DNA of 64,000 nt from an uncultured delta proteobacterium (GTDB lineage Bacteria > Myxococcota > Myxococcia > SLRQ01): positions 155,009 through 219,008 of the forward strand of contig CAVSGM010000009.1 of assembly GCA_963727485.1 (NCBI GenBank), written 5' to 3'. The translations under genes were made by a program, and so were the position numbers. Numbering within the stretch: the first letter of the stretch is position 1; each line of letters begins with the position of its first letter. Below the pieces are notes generated by a model. The model saw only the letters and a program-made list of their open reading frames with translations, ran no database searches and was not told the origin of the DNA. Positions 1-9,419 of the stretch are shown here, piece by piece.

Positions 1-1
1 G

Positions 2-571
2 CGCACCGCCATCGCCGCCTGGGAGTGGGGCGCCTACCTCGGCGACGAGGGGATGAAGAACGGCATCCGCGCCAAGGTCTCCACCTTCAGCCGGGCCCAG
101 GTGAACGTAGCGATGGTCAAGGGGAAGATCATCGGCCAGTACGTCAACTCCATCCTCGCCAAGCGCGAGGCGCTCCTCCAGGGCTTCGACGAGGCCATCC
201 TCCTCGACCCCCAGGGCTACGTCTCCGAGGCCTCGGGCGAGAACATCTTCGTGGTCCGCGACGGGGTCGTCTGGACCACCCCGGTCACCGGCACCATCCT
301 CGCCGGCATCACCCGGGACGCCCTCATCACCGTCGGCCGGGACCGGGGCCTGGAGATCCGCGAGGAGCGCTTCACCCGCGACTTCCTCTGGACCGCCGAC
401 GAGGTGTTCCTCTCGGGCACCGCCGCCGAGGTGACCCCGGTCCGCGAGGTGGACAACCGCACCATCGGCGCCGGCAAGGCCGGGCCCGTGACCCTCGCGC
501 TCCAGGAGGCCTTCTTCGACGTGGTGCAGGGCCGGGACGACCGCTACCGGGAGTGGCTGACCTACGTGTAG
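2..571 (+). CDS. ilvE: Branched-chain amino acid aminotransferase (5' truncated by window edge)
   Basis: Frame open from base 2 (..[13 protein letters not shown]..); class IV aminotransferase motifs [44 protein letters not shown], ends WLTYV. Confidence 0.95.
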   Translation, partial: RTAIAAWEWGAYLGDEGMKNGIRAKVSTFSRAQVNVAMVKGKIIGQYVNSILAKREALLQGFDEAILLDPQGYVSEASGENIFVVRDGVVWTTPVTGTILAGITRDALITVGRDRGLEIREERFTRDFLWTADEVFLSGTAAEVTPVREVDNRTIGAGKAGPVTLALQEAFFDVVQGRDDRYREWLTYV

Positions 572-580
572 GATGGCGTC

Positions 581-1894
581 ATGGCAGACGCGAACCCCTA
601 CGGCCTCGAACGCCCCGACATCCTCCGGCTCGCGCCGCCCGAGCCCAAGAGCATCGTCGAGACCGGCCTCAACGTCGGCCTCCTCACCGACCTCGCCCTG
701 CGGATGCTCTACTACGGGGGCGTGGTCACCGGCATCGAGCTCGCCGACCGCCTGCGGCTCCCCTGGGGCGGGGTGGTCAGCGACGTCATCGACTTCCTGG
801 TCCAGGAGCGGTGGGCCGACCTCCGCGGCGGCAAGGGCTTCGGCCGGGCGTCGGTGGAGTTCGTGCTCACCGACCGGGGCCGCGAGGCCGCCCGCGAGGC
901 GGTGCAGCGTTCGAGCTACGTGGGCCCGGCCCCGGTGCCCATCGCCCAGTACAACGCCCTGGTCCAGACCCAGTCCACCGACGGCGCCTTCGTCACCCGC
1001 AGCCAGATCGTCGAGGCCTTCGACCACCTGGTCCTCGAGGACGGCCTCATCGAGCGCTTCGGCCCGGCGGTGAACGCCTCGCGCTCGCTCTTCCTCTACG
1101 GCCCCCCGGGCAACGGCAAGACCACCATCGCCGAGACCATCTCCGGCGTCCTCGGCGGCGAGGTCTACGTCCCCCACGCCCTCGAGGTCGACGGCCAGGT
1201 GATCAAGGTCTACGACCCCCTGGTCCACATCGAGATCCCCCTCGAGTCGGACCCGGAGCTCGGCCGCCCCAAGGTGGAGATGGACCGCCGCTGGATCCTC
1301 TCGCGGCGCCCCACCGTCATCGTCGGCGGCGAGCTCACCCTCGAGACCCTCGACCTCATCTGGAACGCCGACGCCAAGTTCTACGAGGCGCCGTTCCAGG
1401 TGAAGGCCAACGGCGGCATGCTCCTCATCGACGACTTCGGCCGCCAGCGGGTCCACCCCACCGACCTGCTGAACCGGTGGATCGTCCCCCTGGAGAAGAA
1501 CGTCGACTACCTCACCCTCCACACCGGCAAGAAGTTCGAGGTGCCCTTCGACGAGCTGGTCGTCTTCTCCACCAACCTCGACCCCAAGGAGCTGGTGGAC
1601 GAGGCCTTCCTCCGGCGCATCAAGTACAAGATCGAGATCGGCAACCCCAACGAGGAGGCCTTCCGGGAGATCTTCCGGCGCCTCTGCACCGCCCAGGGCA
1701 TCAAGTACAACGACGCCGCCCTCGACTACATCATCGACACCTACTACCGGGCCACGGGCATGGACCTGCGCGCCTGCCACCCCCGCGACATCCTCCAGCT
1801 CCTCCGCGACGCCGCGCGGTTCCTGGGCAAGCAGGCGGTGCTCTCCCAGGACCTCATCGACCAGGCCTGCCGCAGCTTCTTCGTGGTCCTCTAG
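581..1894 (+). CDS. AAA+ family ATPase with N-terminal winged-helix-like region (Mg-chelatase/MoxR-like, function unknown)
   Basis: Walker A GPPGNGKT, Walker B LLIDDFGRQ, STNL sensor, AFLRRI arginine finger. Confidence 0.85.
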   Translation: MADANPYGLERPDILRLAPPEPKSIVETGLNVGLLTDLALRMLYYGGVVTGIELADRLRLPWGGVVSDVIDFLVQERWADLRGGKGFGRASVEFVLTDRGREAAREAVQRSSYVGPAPVPIAQYNALVQTQSTDGAFVTRSQIVEAFDHLVLEDGLIERFGPAVNASRSLFLYGPPGNGKTTIAETISGVLGGEVYVPHALEVDGQVIKVYDPLVHIEIPLESDPELGRPKVEMDRRWILSRRPTVIVGGELTLETLDLIWNADAKFYEAPFQVKANGGMLLIDDFGRQRVHPTDLLNRWIVPLEKNVDYLTLHTGKKFEVPFDELVVFSTNLDPKELVDEAFLRRIKYKIEIGNPNEEAFREIFRRLCTAQGIKYNDAALDYIIDTYYRATGMDLRACHPRDILQLLRDAARFLGKQAVLSQDLIDQACRSFFVVL

Positions 1895-1907
1895 CCCCCC
1901 GGGCGCC

Positions 1908-2471
1908 ATGCGGGTCCCCACCCTCCACACCGAGCGCCTCACCCTGACCGTCCCCGGGTCGGAGGCGGCGGGCGCCTACGCCGACTACCTCGAGCGCAAC
2001 CGCGCCCACTTCGCCCCCTGGGTCCCCCGGCAGCCCGAGGGCAGCTACTCCGAGGTCCACTGCCGCCTGGCGCTCCTCCACGCCCGGGAGGAGTGGGCCG
2101 CCGGCCTCTCGGCGCGCTTCGTGTTCTTCCGCCGGGGCCAGGCGCACGGCGAGGTCGTGGGCAACGCCAGCCTCACCGAGATCGTCCGGGGCCCGCTCCT
2201 CGGGTGCAACCTCGGCTACAAGCTCGACGAGGCGGCCCAGGGCCAGGGCCTGATGTTCGAGGGGCTCACCGCGCTGGTCGCCTGGGGCTTCGACGAGCTG
2301 GGCCTCCACCGCATCGCCGCCAACTACCGCCCCACCAACGAGCGCAGCGGAAGGGTCCTGCGCCGGCTGGGGTTCGTGGTGGAGGGGTACGCCCGTGACT
2401 ACCTCTTCATCGACGGTGCCTGGCGCGACCACATCCTCACCGCGCTCACCAACCCCAAGGCGCGGCCCTAG
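1908..2471 (+). CDS. rimJ: RimJ-type GNAT N-acetyltransferase
   Basis: TERLTL start, LGYKLD..QGQGLM acetyl-CoA motif, LHRIAANYRPTNERS, EGYARDYLFIDGAWRDH. Confidence 0.85.
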   Translation: MRVPTLHTERLTLTVPGSEAAGAYADYLERNRAHFAPWVPRQPEGSYSEVHCRLALLHAREEWAAGLSARFVFFRRGQAHGEVVGNASLTEIVRGPLLGCNLGYKLDEAAQGQGLMFEGLTALVAWGFDELGLHRIAANYRPTNERSGRVLRRLGFVVEGYARDYLFIDGAWRDHILTALTNPKARP

Positions 2472-2472
2472 G

Positions 2473-3198
2473 GTGTCCGGGGGCAAAAGGCCCCCCTGGC
2501 GCCCCGCGTCCGAGCGCCGGGCCCGGCGAGCGCTGGTCGTCACCCTGATCGCCACCGCGGTGGTCGGGATCCTCTTCTGGCGCTCGCCGCTCCTCTGGCC
2601 CCTGAAGATCCTGGCGGTGACCCTCCACGAGCTCGGCCACGCCACCGCCGGGTGGCTGGTCGGCGGCCACGTGGACCACATCGCCCTGAGCCCGAACCAG
2701 GCCGGGGTCACCTGGGTCGCCGCCGGCCGCGCCCTGTGGAAGCAGGTGCTCATCGACTCCGGGGGCTACCTCGGCTCCACCGTCTTCGGCTCGGCGCTCC
2801 TGGTCCTGGCCAGCGGCCGGGCCCGGTGGCGGCCCCGGGCGGTGCTCTGGCTCCTCGGGGGCGGGCTGGTGGTGCTGGCGGTGCTCCTCTTCCGCGACGC
2901 CTTCTCCTGGGCCTTCGCCCTGGGCACCTCGGCAGCGCTCCTCGCCCTGGCGCGCCTGGCCCCGGACAAGGTGGTGCGCCCGGCGGCGGTGGCCATCGGC
3001 GCCTTCATCTGCCTCTACGCCCTCTGGGACCTCCGGGCGGACCTCTGGCACCTCCCCTGGGACCCGGTGGTCACGGGCACCGACGCCGACGCCCTGGCCC
3101 GCCTCACCCACGTCCCGGCCCTGGTGTGGGCGCTCACCTGGAGCGCCCTGGCCGCCACCGCCGTGGGGCTCACCGTCCGGCACGTCCTCCGCCGTTGA
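2473..3198 (+). CDS. Peptidase M50B-like membrane metalloprotease
   Basis: HELGH zinc motif, GGYLG, TDADAL, multiple TM segments; GTG at 2473 just after the rimJ stop. Confidence 0.85.
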   Translation: MSGGKRPPWRPASERRARRALVVTLIATAVVGILFWRSPLLWPLKILAVTLHELGHATAGWLVGGHVDHIALSPNQAGVTWVAAGRALWKQVLIDSGGYLGSTVFGSALLVLASGRARWRPRAVLWLLGGGLVVLAVLLFRDAFSWAFALGTSAALLALARLAPDKVVRPAAVAIGAFICLYALWDLRADLWHLPWDPVVTGTDADALARLTHVPALVWALTWSALAATAVGLTVRHVLRR

Positions 3199-3262
3199 GC
3201 CCGGGGCCGGCGACCCGGCCCGGGGGGGTGCGCCACCTGGGCACAGGGGGCCGTCGACTTTC

Positions 3263-3292
3263 TTGACAGGTCGGGTCGCGGTCCGCTACTAC
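3263..3292 (+). promoter_or_regulatory. Possible sigma70 promoter upstream of the Fic-like gene
   Basis: Perfect TTGACA at 3263-3268; weak -10 TACTAC at 3287-3292 (18-nt spacer). Confidence 0.45.
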
Positions 3293-3467
3293 CTTCCATC
3301 ACCGGAAACCCTGGCGGTATCTACACTTACGCGGGAAATCCCCCCGCACCGAGTGGTTCTGGCCGCCGGGGAATGAAGGCCTTCTCGCCGGGCGTTCACA
3401 CCCTGGACGTTTCCCCTGCCCCACAGCCCGCGGCGGCCGACCGCCGTCCTCGAGAGGTTGGAAGAAG

Positions 3468-4244
3468 ATGCAAACGCGGTACCTCGAGATCGACGACCTC
3501 ACCGACGAGCTTCGCGACGCCCTGGACGAGACCCCCGCCGACCGGGCGGAGCTCTTCCGCCGGCGCTTCGACTACACCTGGGTCCACCACGAGAACGCCC
3601 TCGAGGGCGTGGTGCTCTCCTTCGAGGAGATCCACGGCGCCATGACCCAGACGGTGGTCACGGACCTCGCCAACGTGACCCTGTTCAAGAAGATCCGCGC
3701 CAACTTCACCGCCCTGGAGATGGCCCGGGCGGAGAACGACACCAAGCGCTTCAAGTTCTCGGTGCCGATGTTCCAGCAGTTCTACGAGACCCTCTTCCTC
3801 GGCCTCGATTGGGACAAGGGCAAGTTCCGGCGCGACATCCCGCTCCACCGGACCTACTTCCACGACCTGCTCGCGCCGGAGAAGATCCCGGCCCGCCTCG
3901 ACGCCCTGGTCGAGTACGCCAACGGCGCCGACTTCCGGGCCCTGCACCCCATCAAGCAGGCGGCGGTCTTCGGGCACCAGTTCATGCAGGTCTTCCCCTG
4001 GTCCGAGGCCTCGGGTCCCGTGGGCCGGCTGATGAGCAACATCCTGCTCATGCGCGCCGGCTACTTCCCGGTGGTCATCCACGCCCACGACCGGGAGCGG
4101 TACTACAACGCCCTCAAGGGCACCTCGCCGTCGACCCTGCGTGATCTGGTCGTCGAGTCCATGGAGAACAGCCTCCGGGGCTCCCTCAAGCTCCTCCGGG
4201 ACGCTGCCGAGGGCGACGAGGCCCAGCCCGGCCGCGCCGGCTGA
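3468..4244 (+). CDS. Fic/Fido-domain protein with degenerate active-site motif
   Basis: HENALEG (alpha-inh-like), GKFR, HPIKQAA..HQFMQVFPWSEASGPVGRLMSNILL, RERYYNAL; canonical HPFxxGNGRxxR is altered. Confidence 0.8.
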   Translation: MQTRYLEIDDLTDELRDALDETPADRAELFRRRFDYTWVHHENALEGVVLSFEEIHGAMTQTVVTDLANVTLFKKIRANFTALEMARAENDTKRFKFSVPMFQQFYETLFLGLDWDKGKFRRDIPLHRTYFHDLLAPEKIPARLDALVEYANGADFRALHPIKQAAVFGHQFMQVFPWSEASGPVGRLMSNILLMRAGYFPVVIHAHDRERYYNALKGTSPSTLRDLVVESMENSLRGSLKLLRDAAEGDEAQPGRAG

Positions 4245-4342
4245 CCGGCCGGCGAGCGCACCCCCGGCGCAGTTGATGCCGGGGGGCCGCGGCCTATGCT
4301 TGAGCCTTGGCCGTGCCCCGGGCGCGGCGGAGGAGAGCCATC

Positions 4343-4981
4343 ATGGAGTCAATCGCCGCTGCGACCCAGGACGAGGTCTACACCCTCTCCGACGGGGCCC
4401 GGGTCTGGGTCCACGCCCGGGCCAGCCTGCCGACCATCCATGGCACCTTCGAGGTCGTCGCCTTCCGCAACGAGCGGGACGGCAAGGAGCACCTGGCGCT
4501 CGTCAGCGGTCCCCTCGATCCCGAGGCGGTGACCCCGGTGCGCCTCCACAGCGAGTGCCTCACCGGCGACGCCCTCGGCTCCATCCGCTGCGACTGCCGG
4601 GCCCAGCTCGAGTCCGCCGAGGCGTCACTCGCCGAGGCCCCGGGGGGCGTGCTCCTCTACATGCGCCAGGAGGGCCGGGGCATCGGGCTGGCCAACAAGA
4701 TCGCCGCCTACGCCCTGCAGGACGAGGGCCTCGACACCGTCGACGCCAACCTCCACCTCGGCTTCGACACCGACCTGCGGACCTACGACGTCGCCGCGGG
4801 GATGCTCCACCTCCTCGGCGTGGGGCGGGTGGCGCTGTACACCAACAACCCGCGCAAGGTCTTCGGGCTCAAGTCCGAGGGCATCGAGGTGGTGGAGCGG
4901 GTGCCCCTGAAGGTCGGCCTGCGGCCGGAGAACGCCTTCTACCTCTCGACCAAGCGCGACCGCTGCGGCCACCTCCTCTAG
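4343..4981 (+). CDS. ribA: GTP cyclohydrolase II
   Basis: VRLHSECLTGD..SIRCDC, QEGRGIGL.NKI.AY, TNNPRK; GGAGGAG SD before ATG 4343. Confidence 0.95.
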   Translation: MESIAAATQDEVYTLSDGARVWVHARASLPTIHGTFEVVAFRNERDGKEHLALVSGPLDPEAVTPVRLHSECLTGDALGSIRCDCRAQLESAEASLAEAPGGVLLYMRQEGRGIGLANKIAAYALQDEGLDTVDANLHLGFDTDLRTYDVAAGMLHLLGVGRVALYTNNPRKVFGLKSEGIEVVERVPLKVGLRPENAFYLSTKRDRCGHLL

Positions 4982-5072
4982 GGGCGGTCGAGCGGAGATC
5001 CCTGGCGAGGCCCTCCGCGGACGGGCACGAGAAGGTGGAATTGCCCCGCCGCAAGGGATAACCAAGGCGAAG

Positions 5073-6110
5073 ATGGCCGATCGTCGTCAGCCGGATCCCA
5101 CCCTCGAGTCCGTCCTCGAGGATCTCGACCGCGTGGCCCAGGGCCGGCGCGGCGCCGTGGCCATGACCCACGACAACCCCGACCCCGACGCCATGGCCTC
5201 GGCCGCGGGGGTGGGCTTCCTCCTCGAGGCGCGCCACGGGATCCCCACCCGCCTCGCCTATGGCGGGATCATCGGCCGGGCGGAGAACCGGGAGTTGGTG
5301 CGGCTGCTCAAGCTGCCCATGATCCCGGTGAGCCGGGTGGACCTCACCGAGGACGACGTGGTGGCCCTCGTCGACACCCAGCCCCCCACCGGGAACCACA
5401 GCCTCCCCGAGGGCCACGGCGCCGACATCGTCATCGACCACCACCCCGAGCGCCCCGGGAGCCGCGACGCCGGGGTCTGCTTCGTCTCCCAGGGCTACGG
5501 CGCCACCAGCTCCATCGTCACCGCGCTCATCCGCGCCGCGGGCCTCGAGCCCCCGCCGGCGCTCGCCACCGCCCTCTTCTACGGGGTGAAGAGCGACACC
5601 CGGGCGCTGGGCCGGGAGAGCAAGGAGCCGGACACCGAGGCCTACAACTGGCTCTTCCCCCGCTCCGACCAGGCGCTCCTCGCCCGCATCGAGCACCCCC
5701 AGGTGCCCCTGCTCTACTTCCAGGCCTACCACACGGCCTACGAGCGGGCGCGGATGCAGGGCAACGTCATCACCGTCGATCTCGGCGACGTCTACATGCC
5801 CGACATCGTCCCCGAGATCGCCGAACGGCTCTCCACCCTCGAGGGCGCCAAGTGGTCGCTGGCCCTGGGCACCTTCGAGGGGGAGATCTACGCGTCGGTC
5901 CGCAGCAACGACAAGCGGATGAACGCGGGCAAGCTCATCCAGTCCCTCACCGCCGACCTCGGGGGCTCGGCCGGCGGCCATGGGCAGATGGCCGGCGCCC
6001 GGGTGCCCTTCGAGAGCCCCAAGGACGCCGCCCACCTGCGCAAGGTCGTCGTCGATCGCTTCCTCGAGGCCTGCGGGGTCGAGTCGGAGCAGGTCCGCGC
6101 CATCGTCTGA
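5073..6110 (+). CDS. DHH/DHHA1 family phosphoesterase (NrnA-like)
   Basis: HDNPDPDA, LVD, IDHH, SDT, GGH motifs. Confidence 0.9.
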   Translation: MADRRQPDPTLESVLEDLDRVAQGRRGAVAMTHDNPDPDAMASAAGVGFLLEARHGIPTRLAYGGIIGRAENRELVRLLKLPMIPVSRVDLTEDDVVALVDTQPPTGNHSLPEGHGADIVIDHHPERPGSRDAGVCFVSQGYGATSSIVTALIRAAGLEPPPALATALFYGVKSDTRALGRESKEPDTEAYNWLFPRSDQALLARIEHPQVPLLYFQAYHTAYERARMQGNVITVDLGDVYMPDIVPEIAERLSTLEGAKWSLALGTFEGEIYASVRSNDKRMNAGKLIQSLTADLGGSAGGHGQMAGARVPFESPKDAAHLRKVVVDRFLEACGVESEQVRAIV

Positions 6111-6116
6111 CGCCCC

Positions 6117-7271
6117 ATGGACGCCTACCTCGACAACAACGCCACCACGCCGCTGGTCCCCGAGGTGGTGGAGGCCATGCACCGGATCCTCGCCGAGGTC
6201 CCGGGCAACCCCTCCTCGATCCACGCCTCCGGGCGCGCCGCGCGCACCGCCCTCGACGACGCCCGGGAGTCGGTCGCCGCGGGCCTCGGGTGCCGGCCCC
6301 GGGAGGTGGTGTTCGCCGGGAGCGGCTCCGAGGCGGACACCCTGGCGGTGGTCGGCTCGTACCTGGCGCTCCGGGAACGGGGCCGACACCTGGTGGTCAG
6401 CGCCGTGGAGCACCCGGCGGTGCGCAACGCCGCGCGCTTCTGCGCCGAGGCCCTCGGGGCCGAGGTGACCTTCGTGAAGCCCGACGGTGAGGGCGTGGTC
6501 TCCGTGGACGCCATCTCCGAGGCCCTGCGCGAGGACACGGTGCTGGTCTCCCTCATGGCCGCGAACAACGAGACCGGGGCGGTGATGCCGGTGACCGGGG
6601 TCGGTAGCCTCTGCCGGGCGCGCGGGGTGCGCTTCCACACCGACGCGGTGCAGGCGGTGGGCCGGGTGCCGGTGTCGTTTGCCGAGTGGCCGGTGGACCT
6701 CCTCTCGCTCTCGGCCCACAAGCTCCACGGGCCCAAGGGCGCAGCCGCCCTCCTGGTGCGCCGGGGGGTGAAGCTCGCCCCCGTGGTCCAGGGCGGCGGC
6801 CAGGAGCGGGGGCTGCGCCCGGGCACCGAGAACCTCGCCGGGATCGTCGGCCTCGCCACCGCCCTGCGCCTCGCCCTCGAGGCCGAGGGCGCCGGGGCCA
6901 TGGACCGGGTCGCCGCCCTCCGGGACCGCCTCGAGGCGGGGATCCTCGGCGCCCTCCCCGATGCGGTCGTCAACGGGCCCCGGACGCCCGCGGCGCGGGT
7001 GCCCAACACCCTCAACGTCAGCTTCGCCGGCGCCGAGGCCGAGGGGGTGCTCATCGGCCTCGACCGGGCCGGGGTCGCCGCCTCCTCCGGATCCGCGTGC
7101 AGCTCCGGGTCGGTGACCCCCAGCCCGGTGCTCACCGCCATGGGGCTGGCACCGGCGCGGATCGCGTCGTCGATCCGTCTCTCCCTGTCGCGGCTGACCA
7201 CCGAGGCCGAGGTCGACCGGGTGCTCGAGGTCCTGCCCGGGATCGTCCAGCGCCTCCGCGACGCCGCCTGA
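6117..7271 (+). CDS. iscS: Cysteine desulfurase (IscS/NifS family)
   Basis: YLDNNATT, GNPSS, NNETG, HTDAVQ, SAHKLHGPKG (PLP Lys), SSGSACSS. Confidence 0.9.
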   Translation: MDAYLDNNATTPLVPEVVEAMHRILAEVPGNPSSIHASGRAARTALDDARESVAAGLGCRPREVVFAGSGSEADTLAVVGSYLALRERGRHLVVSAVEHPAVRNAARFCAEALGAEVTFVKPDGEGVVSVDAISEALREDTVLVSLMAANNETGAVMPVTGVGSLCRARGVRFHTDAVQAVGRVPVSFAEWPVDLLSLSAHKLHGPKGAAALLVRRGVKLAPVVQGGGQERGLRPGTENLAGIVGLATALRLALEAEGAGAMDRVAALRDRLEAGILGALPDAVVNGPRTPAARVPNTLNVSFAGAEAEGVLIGLDRAGVAASSGSACSSGSVTPSPVLTAMGLAPARIASSIRLSLSRLTTEAEVDRVLEVLPGIVQRLRDAA

Positions 7272-7312
7272 CCGAGCCGCGGCGGGCCGCCCTGGCCCGC
7301 GCGGGCGTCGGC

Positions 7313-8257
7313 TCAGCTGGGGAAGAGCCCGCGGACCACGGCGGCGATGGCGAGGTCGGTGCCCACCAGCTCGTCCTGGAAGGGTCCGAGGGCCGTGAGG
7401 ACCGCGGTGGCGTCGTCGAAGCGGTCCGCCGGCGACAGGGCCAACAGGCGCATCACCAGCTCGTCGAGGCCCCGGGGCACGTCGGCCCGGAGGATGCTCG
7501 GCACCCAGGGGGGGTCGCCTCCGTAGGCCTCGGCGAGCTCCTCCAGGGACTCGGCCACGTAGGGGCGCTCGAGGGTGAGCAGCTCGTAGAGGAGCGCCCC
7601 CACCGCGTAGAGGTCGGTGCGGGGGTCGACCTCCCCGCCCAGGGCCTGCTCCGGCGCCAGGTAGCCGAGCTTGCCCCGGACCTCGCCGCCGAGGTCCCGG
7701 GCCTCCTGGGCGCCCACCAGGGCCACCCCGAAGTCCCCGAGCTTGATCTCGCCCACCCGGGAGATGAAGACGTTGGCCGGGTTCACGTCGCAGTGGACGA
7801 TGCCCAGGGGCGTGCCGTCGGCCCCGCGGGCCGCGTGCACCACCTCCAGGGACTCGAGGACCCGGGCCGCGATGTGGGTGACGAAGGGGACCGGGAGGTC
7901 GATCTGTCCCTGGCGGCAGCGGTGGATCACCATGCCCAGGTCCCGGCCGTCGACGTACTCCATGACCAGGTAGGGGGCTCCGCGGAAGTTGCCGGCGTCG
8001 AGGACCGCCACCAGGCCCGGGTGCTGGATGAGCCGGCCGAGATCGGCCTCGCCGAGGAAGCGGTCGACCATCTCCGGGTCGTCGGCGGCCCGGGGGATGA
8101 GGCGCTTCACCGCGACCTTCTGGCCCGCGTGGGGGCCCTCCACGGCCTCACCGAGGAACACGTCGGCCATGCCGCCGCGCCCGATGCGCCGCTCCAGGCG
8201 GTAGGGCCCGAGGCGGGGGACCCGGCTGGGGTCGTCTGGGCCCGTTCCCTCAGGCAC
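7313..8257 (-). CDS. Hanks-type Ser/Thr protein kinase (cytoplasmic, non-RD)
   Basis: GRGGMADV, VAVKR, HCDVNPAN, DFG, APE, DLYAVG. Confidence 0.9.
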   Translation of the reverse strand: MPEGTGPDDPSRVPRLGPYRLERRIGRGGMADVFLGEAVEGPHAGQKVAVKRLIPRAADDPEMVDRFLGEADLGRLIQHPGLVAVLDAGNFRGAPYLVMEYVDGRDLGMVIHRCRQGQIDLPVPFVTHIAARVLESLEVVHAARGADGTPLGIVHCDVNPANVFISRVGEIKLGDFGVALVGAQEARDLGGEVRGKLGYLAPEQALGGEVDPRTDLYAVGALLYELLTLERPYVAESLEELAEAYGGDPPWVPSILRADVPRGLDELVMRLLALSPADRFDDATAVLTALGPFQDELVGTDLAIAAVVRGLFPS

Positions 8258-8269
8258 GTGGATTCATCC

Positions 8270-9277
8270 TCATGGGGCGCCGCCTCCGAGGGCCAGGACC
8301 GCCCGGTAGTCCGAGCGGCCACGGAGCGGCGCCAGGTCCGGGTCCTGGGCGATCTGCTTGACCTGGCTGTAGCCGTTGAGCACCGCCAGGCGCAGGTAGC
8401 GCACCGCCAGGACCGCCTGGTGGGTCTGGGCGTAGGCGCAGGCGAGGTTGTAGTAGGCATCGCCGATGTCGGGGTTGGCGGCGATGGACTTCTGGTACCA
8501 GCCCACCGCGGACTTCCAGTCCCGGCGCATGGCGTAGGTGACCCCGACGCCGTTGTAGCCCTCGGCGTAGGCCGGGTCCTTGGCGACGGCGGCGAGGAAG
8601 CGCTTGCGGGCCTCCTCGAAGCGCCCGCGCTGCATCAGGTCGAGGCCCGCCCGGGCGATGTCCATGGCCTGGGACCGGGCCTCGCCGGCGTGGCGCGGGT
8701 CGTAGGTCTCGGGGCCCGGGGCGGCGTCGGGAGCGGTGGCGTCGTCGGGAGCGGGGGGGCTGGCGCCATCGGGGTCGGGGGCCGGGCGGGCGGCCCCCTT
8801 CGCCCTGGGGCGGGCCCGGGCCCTGGCGGCCTTCCGGCTCGGGTGGCGCCGCGAGGGGAGGCGGGTGAGCACCACGCCCCCCTTGGCGCTGCGACCGACC
8901 ACCTTGCAGCGCCCCACGTCGACGTGCACCGCCCCGGAGAGCCGGCCGCCCCGGCGCACCAGCATGGCGAAGCCCCAGGGCGCGCGGCCCTGGGGGCAGC
9001 CCGGGGCGCAGAGGCGCAGCTTCCCGGTGAGGTTCCCGAGGAGCAGGTCGCCGTCGAGGACCCGGGCGCCGGCGGCGAGGCCGCAGGTGCGGCTCCGGTG
9101 GACCAGGCGGCCGACCACGTGGGTGCCCTTGCGGGTGACGCGCATGGCCCCGGCCGGGCTCCGCCACAGGCCCCGGAGGGATCCGGCGGCCCGCGCCGAC
9201 CGGGTCCCCAGCCCCGCGAAGGCGATCACCGAGGCAACGACGGCGAGGCGCACGGCGGTGGGGCGTCGCAAGATCAT
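8270..9277 (-). CDS. Exported TPR-repeat protein with Cys-rich N-terminal domain
   Basis: Signal-peptide-like N-terminus, four Cys, Pro/Ala linker, C-terminal TPRs (YNGVGVTY, YYNLACAYA, DPDLAPLR). Confidence 0.75.
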   Translation of the reverse strand: MILRRPTAVRLAVVASVIAFAGLGTRSARAAGSLRGLWRSPAGAMRVTRKGTHVVGRLVHRSRTCGLAAGARVLDGDLLLGNLTGKLRLCAPGCPQGRAPWGFAMLVRRGGRLSGAVHVDVGRCKVVGRSAKGGVVLTRLPSRRHPSRKAARARARPRAKGAARPAPDPDGASPPAPDDATAPDAAPGPETYDPRHAGEARSQAMDIARAGLDLMQRGRFEEARKRFLAAVAKDPAYAEGYNGVGVTYAMRRDWKSAVGWYQKSIAANPDIGDAYYNLACAYAQTHQAVLAVRYLRLAVLNGYSQVKQIAQDPDLAPLRGRSDYRAVLALGGGAP

Positions 9278-9359
9278 CGGGCCACTCTACCACGGGCGAG
9301 CAAAGCCGTAAAAGCATGAAATAACTTGGGATTTCAGGCAGGACAGATCGCTTGGCGCC

Positions 9360-9389
9360 TTGACACCGCGATCCTGCGGCCCCTATAGT
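9360..9389 (+). promoter_or_regulatory. sigma70 promoter of zapA-ssrS-ygfA-tyrS
   Basis: TTGACA (9360-9365) N18 TATAGT (9384-9389) in an AT-richer intergenic region. Confidence 0.75.
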
Positions 9390-9397
9390 TTCCTCAC

Positions 9398-9413
9398 GCT
9401 TCGTTCTTTGAAA
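9398..9413 (+). promoter_or_regulatory. boxA-like element in the zapA leader
   Basis: GCTTCGTTCTTTGAAA, 15/16 identical to the rRNA leader element at 19922-19937 (minus). Confidence 0.6.
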
Positions 9414-9419
9414 CGGGAG

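Noticed and set aside
3468..4244. Fic toxin-antitoxin module
   Set aside because: No small antitoxin ORF with coding-like bias upstream, and the catalytic motif is degenerate
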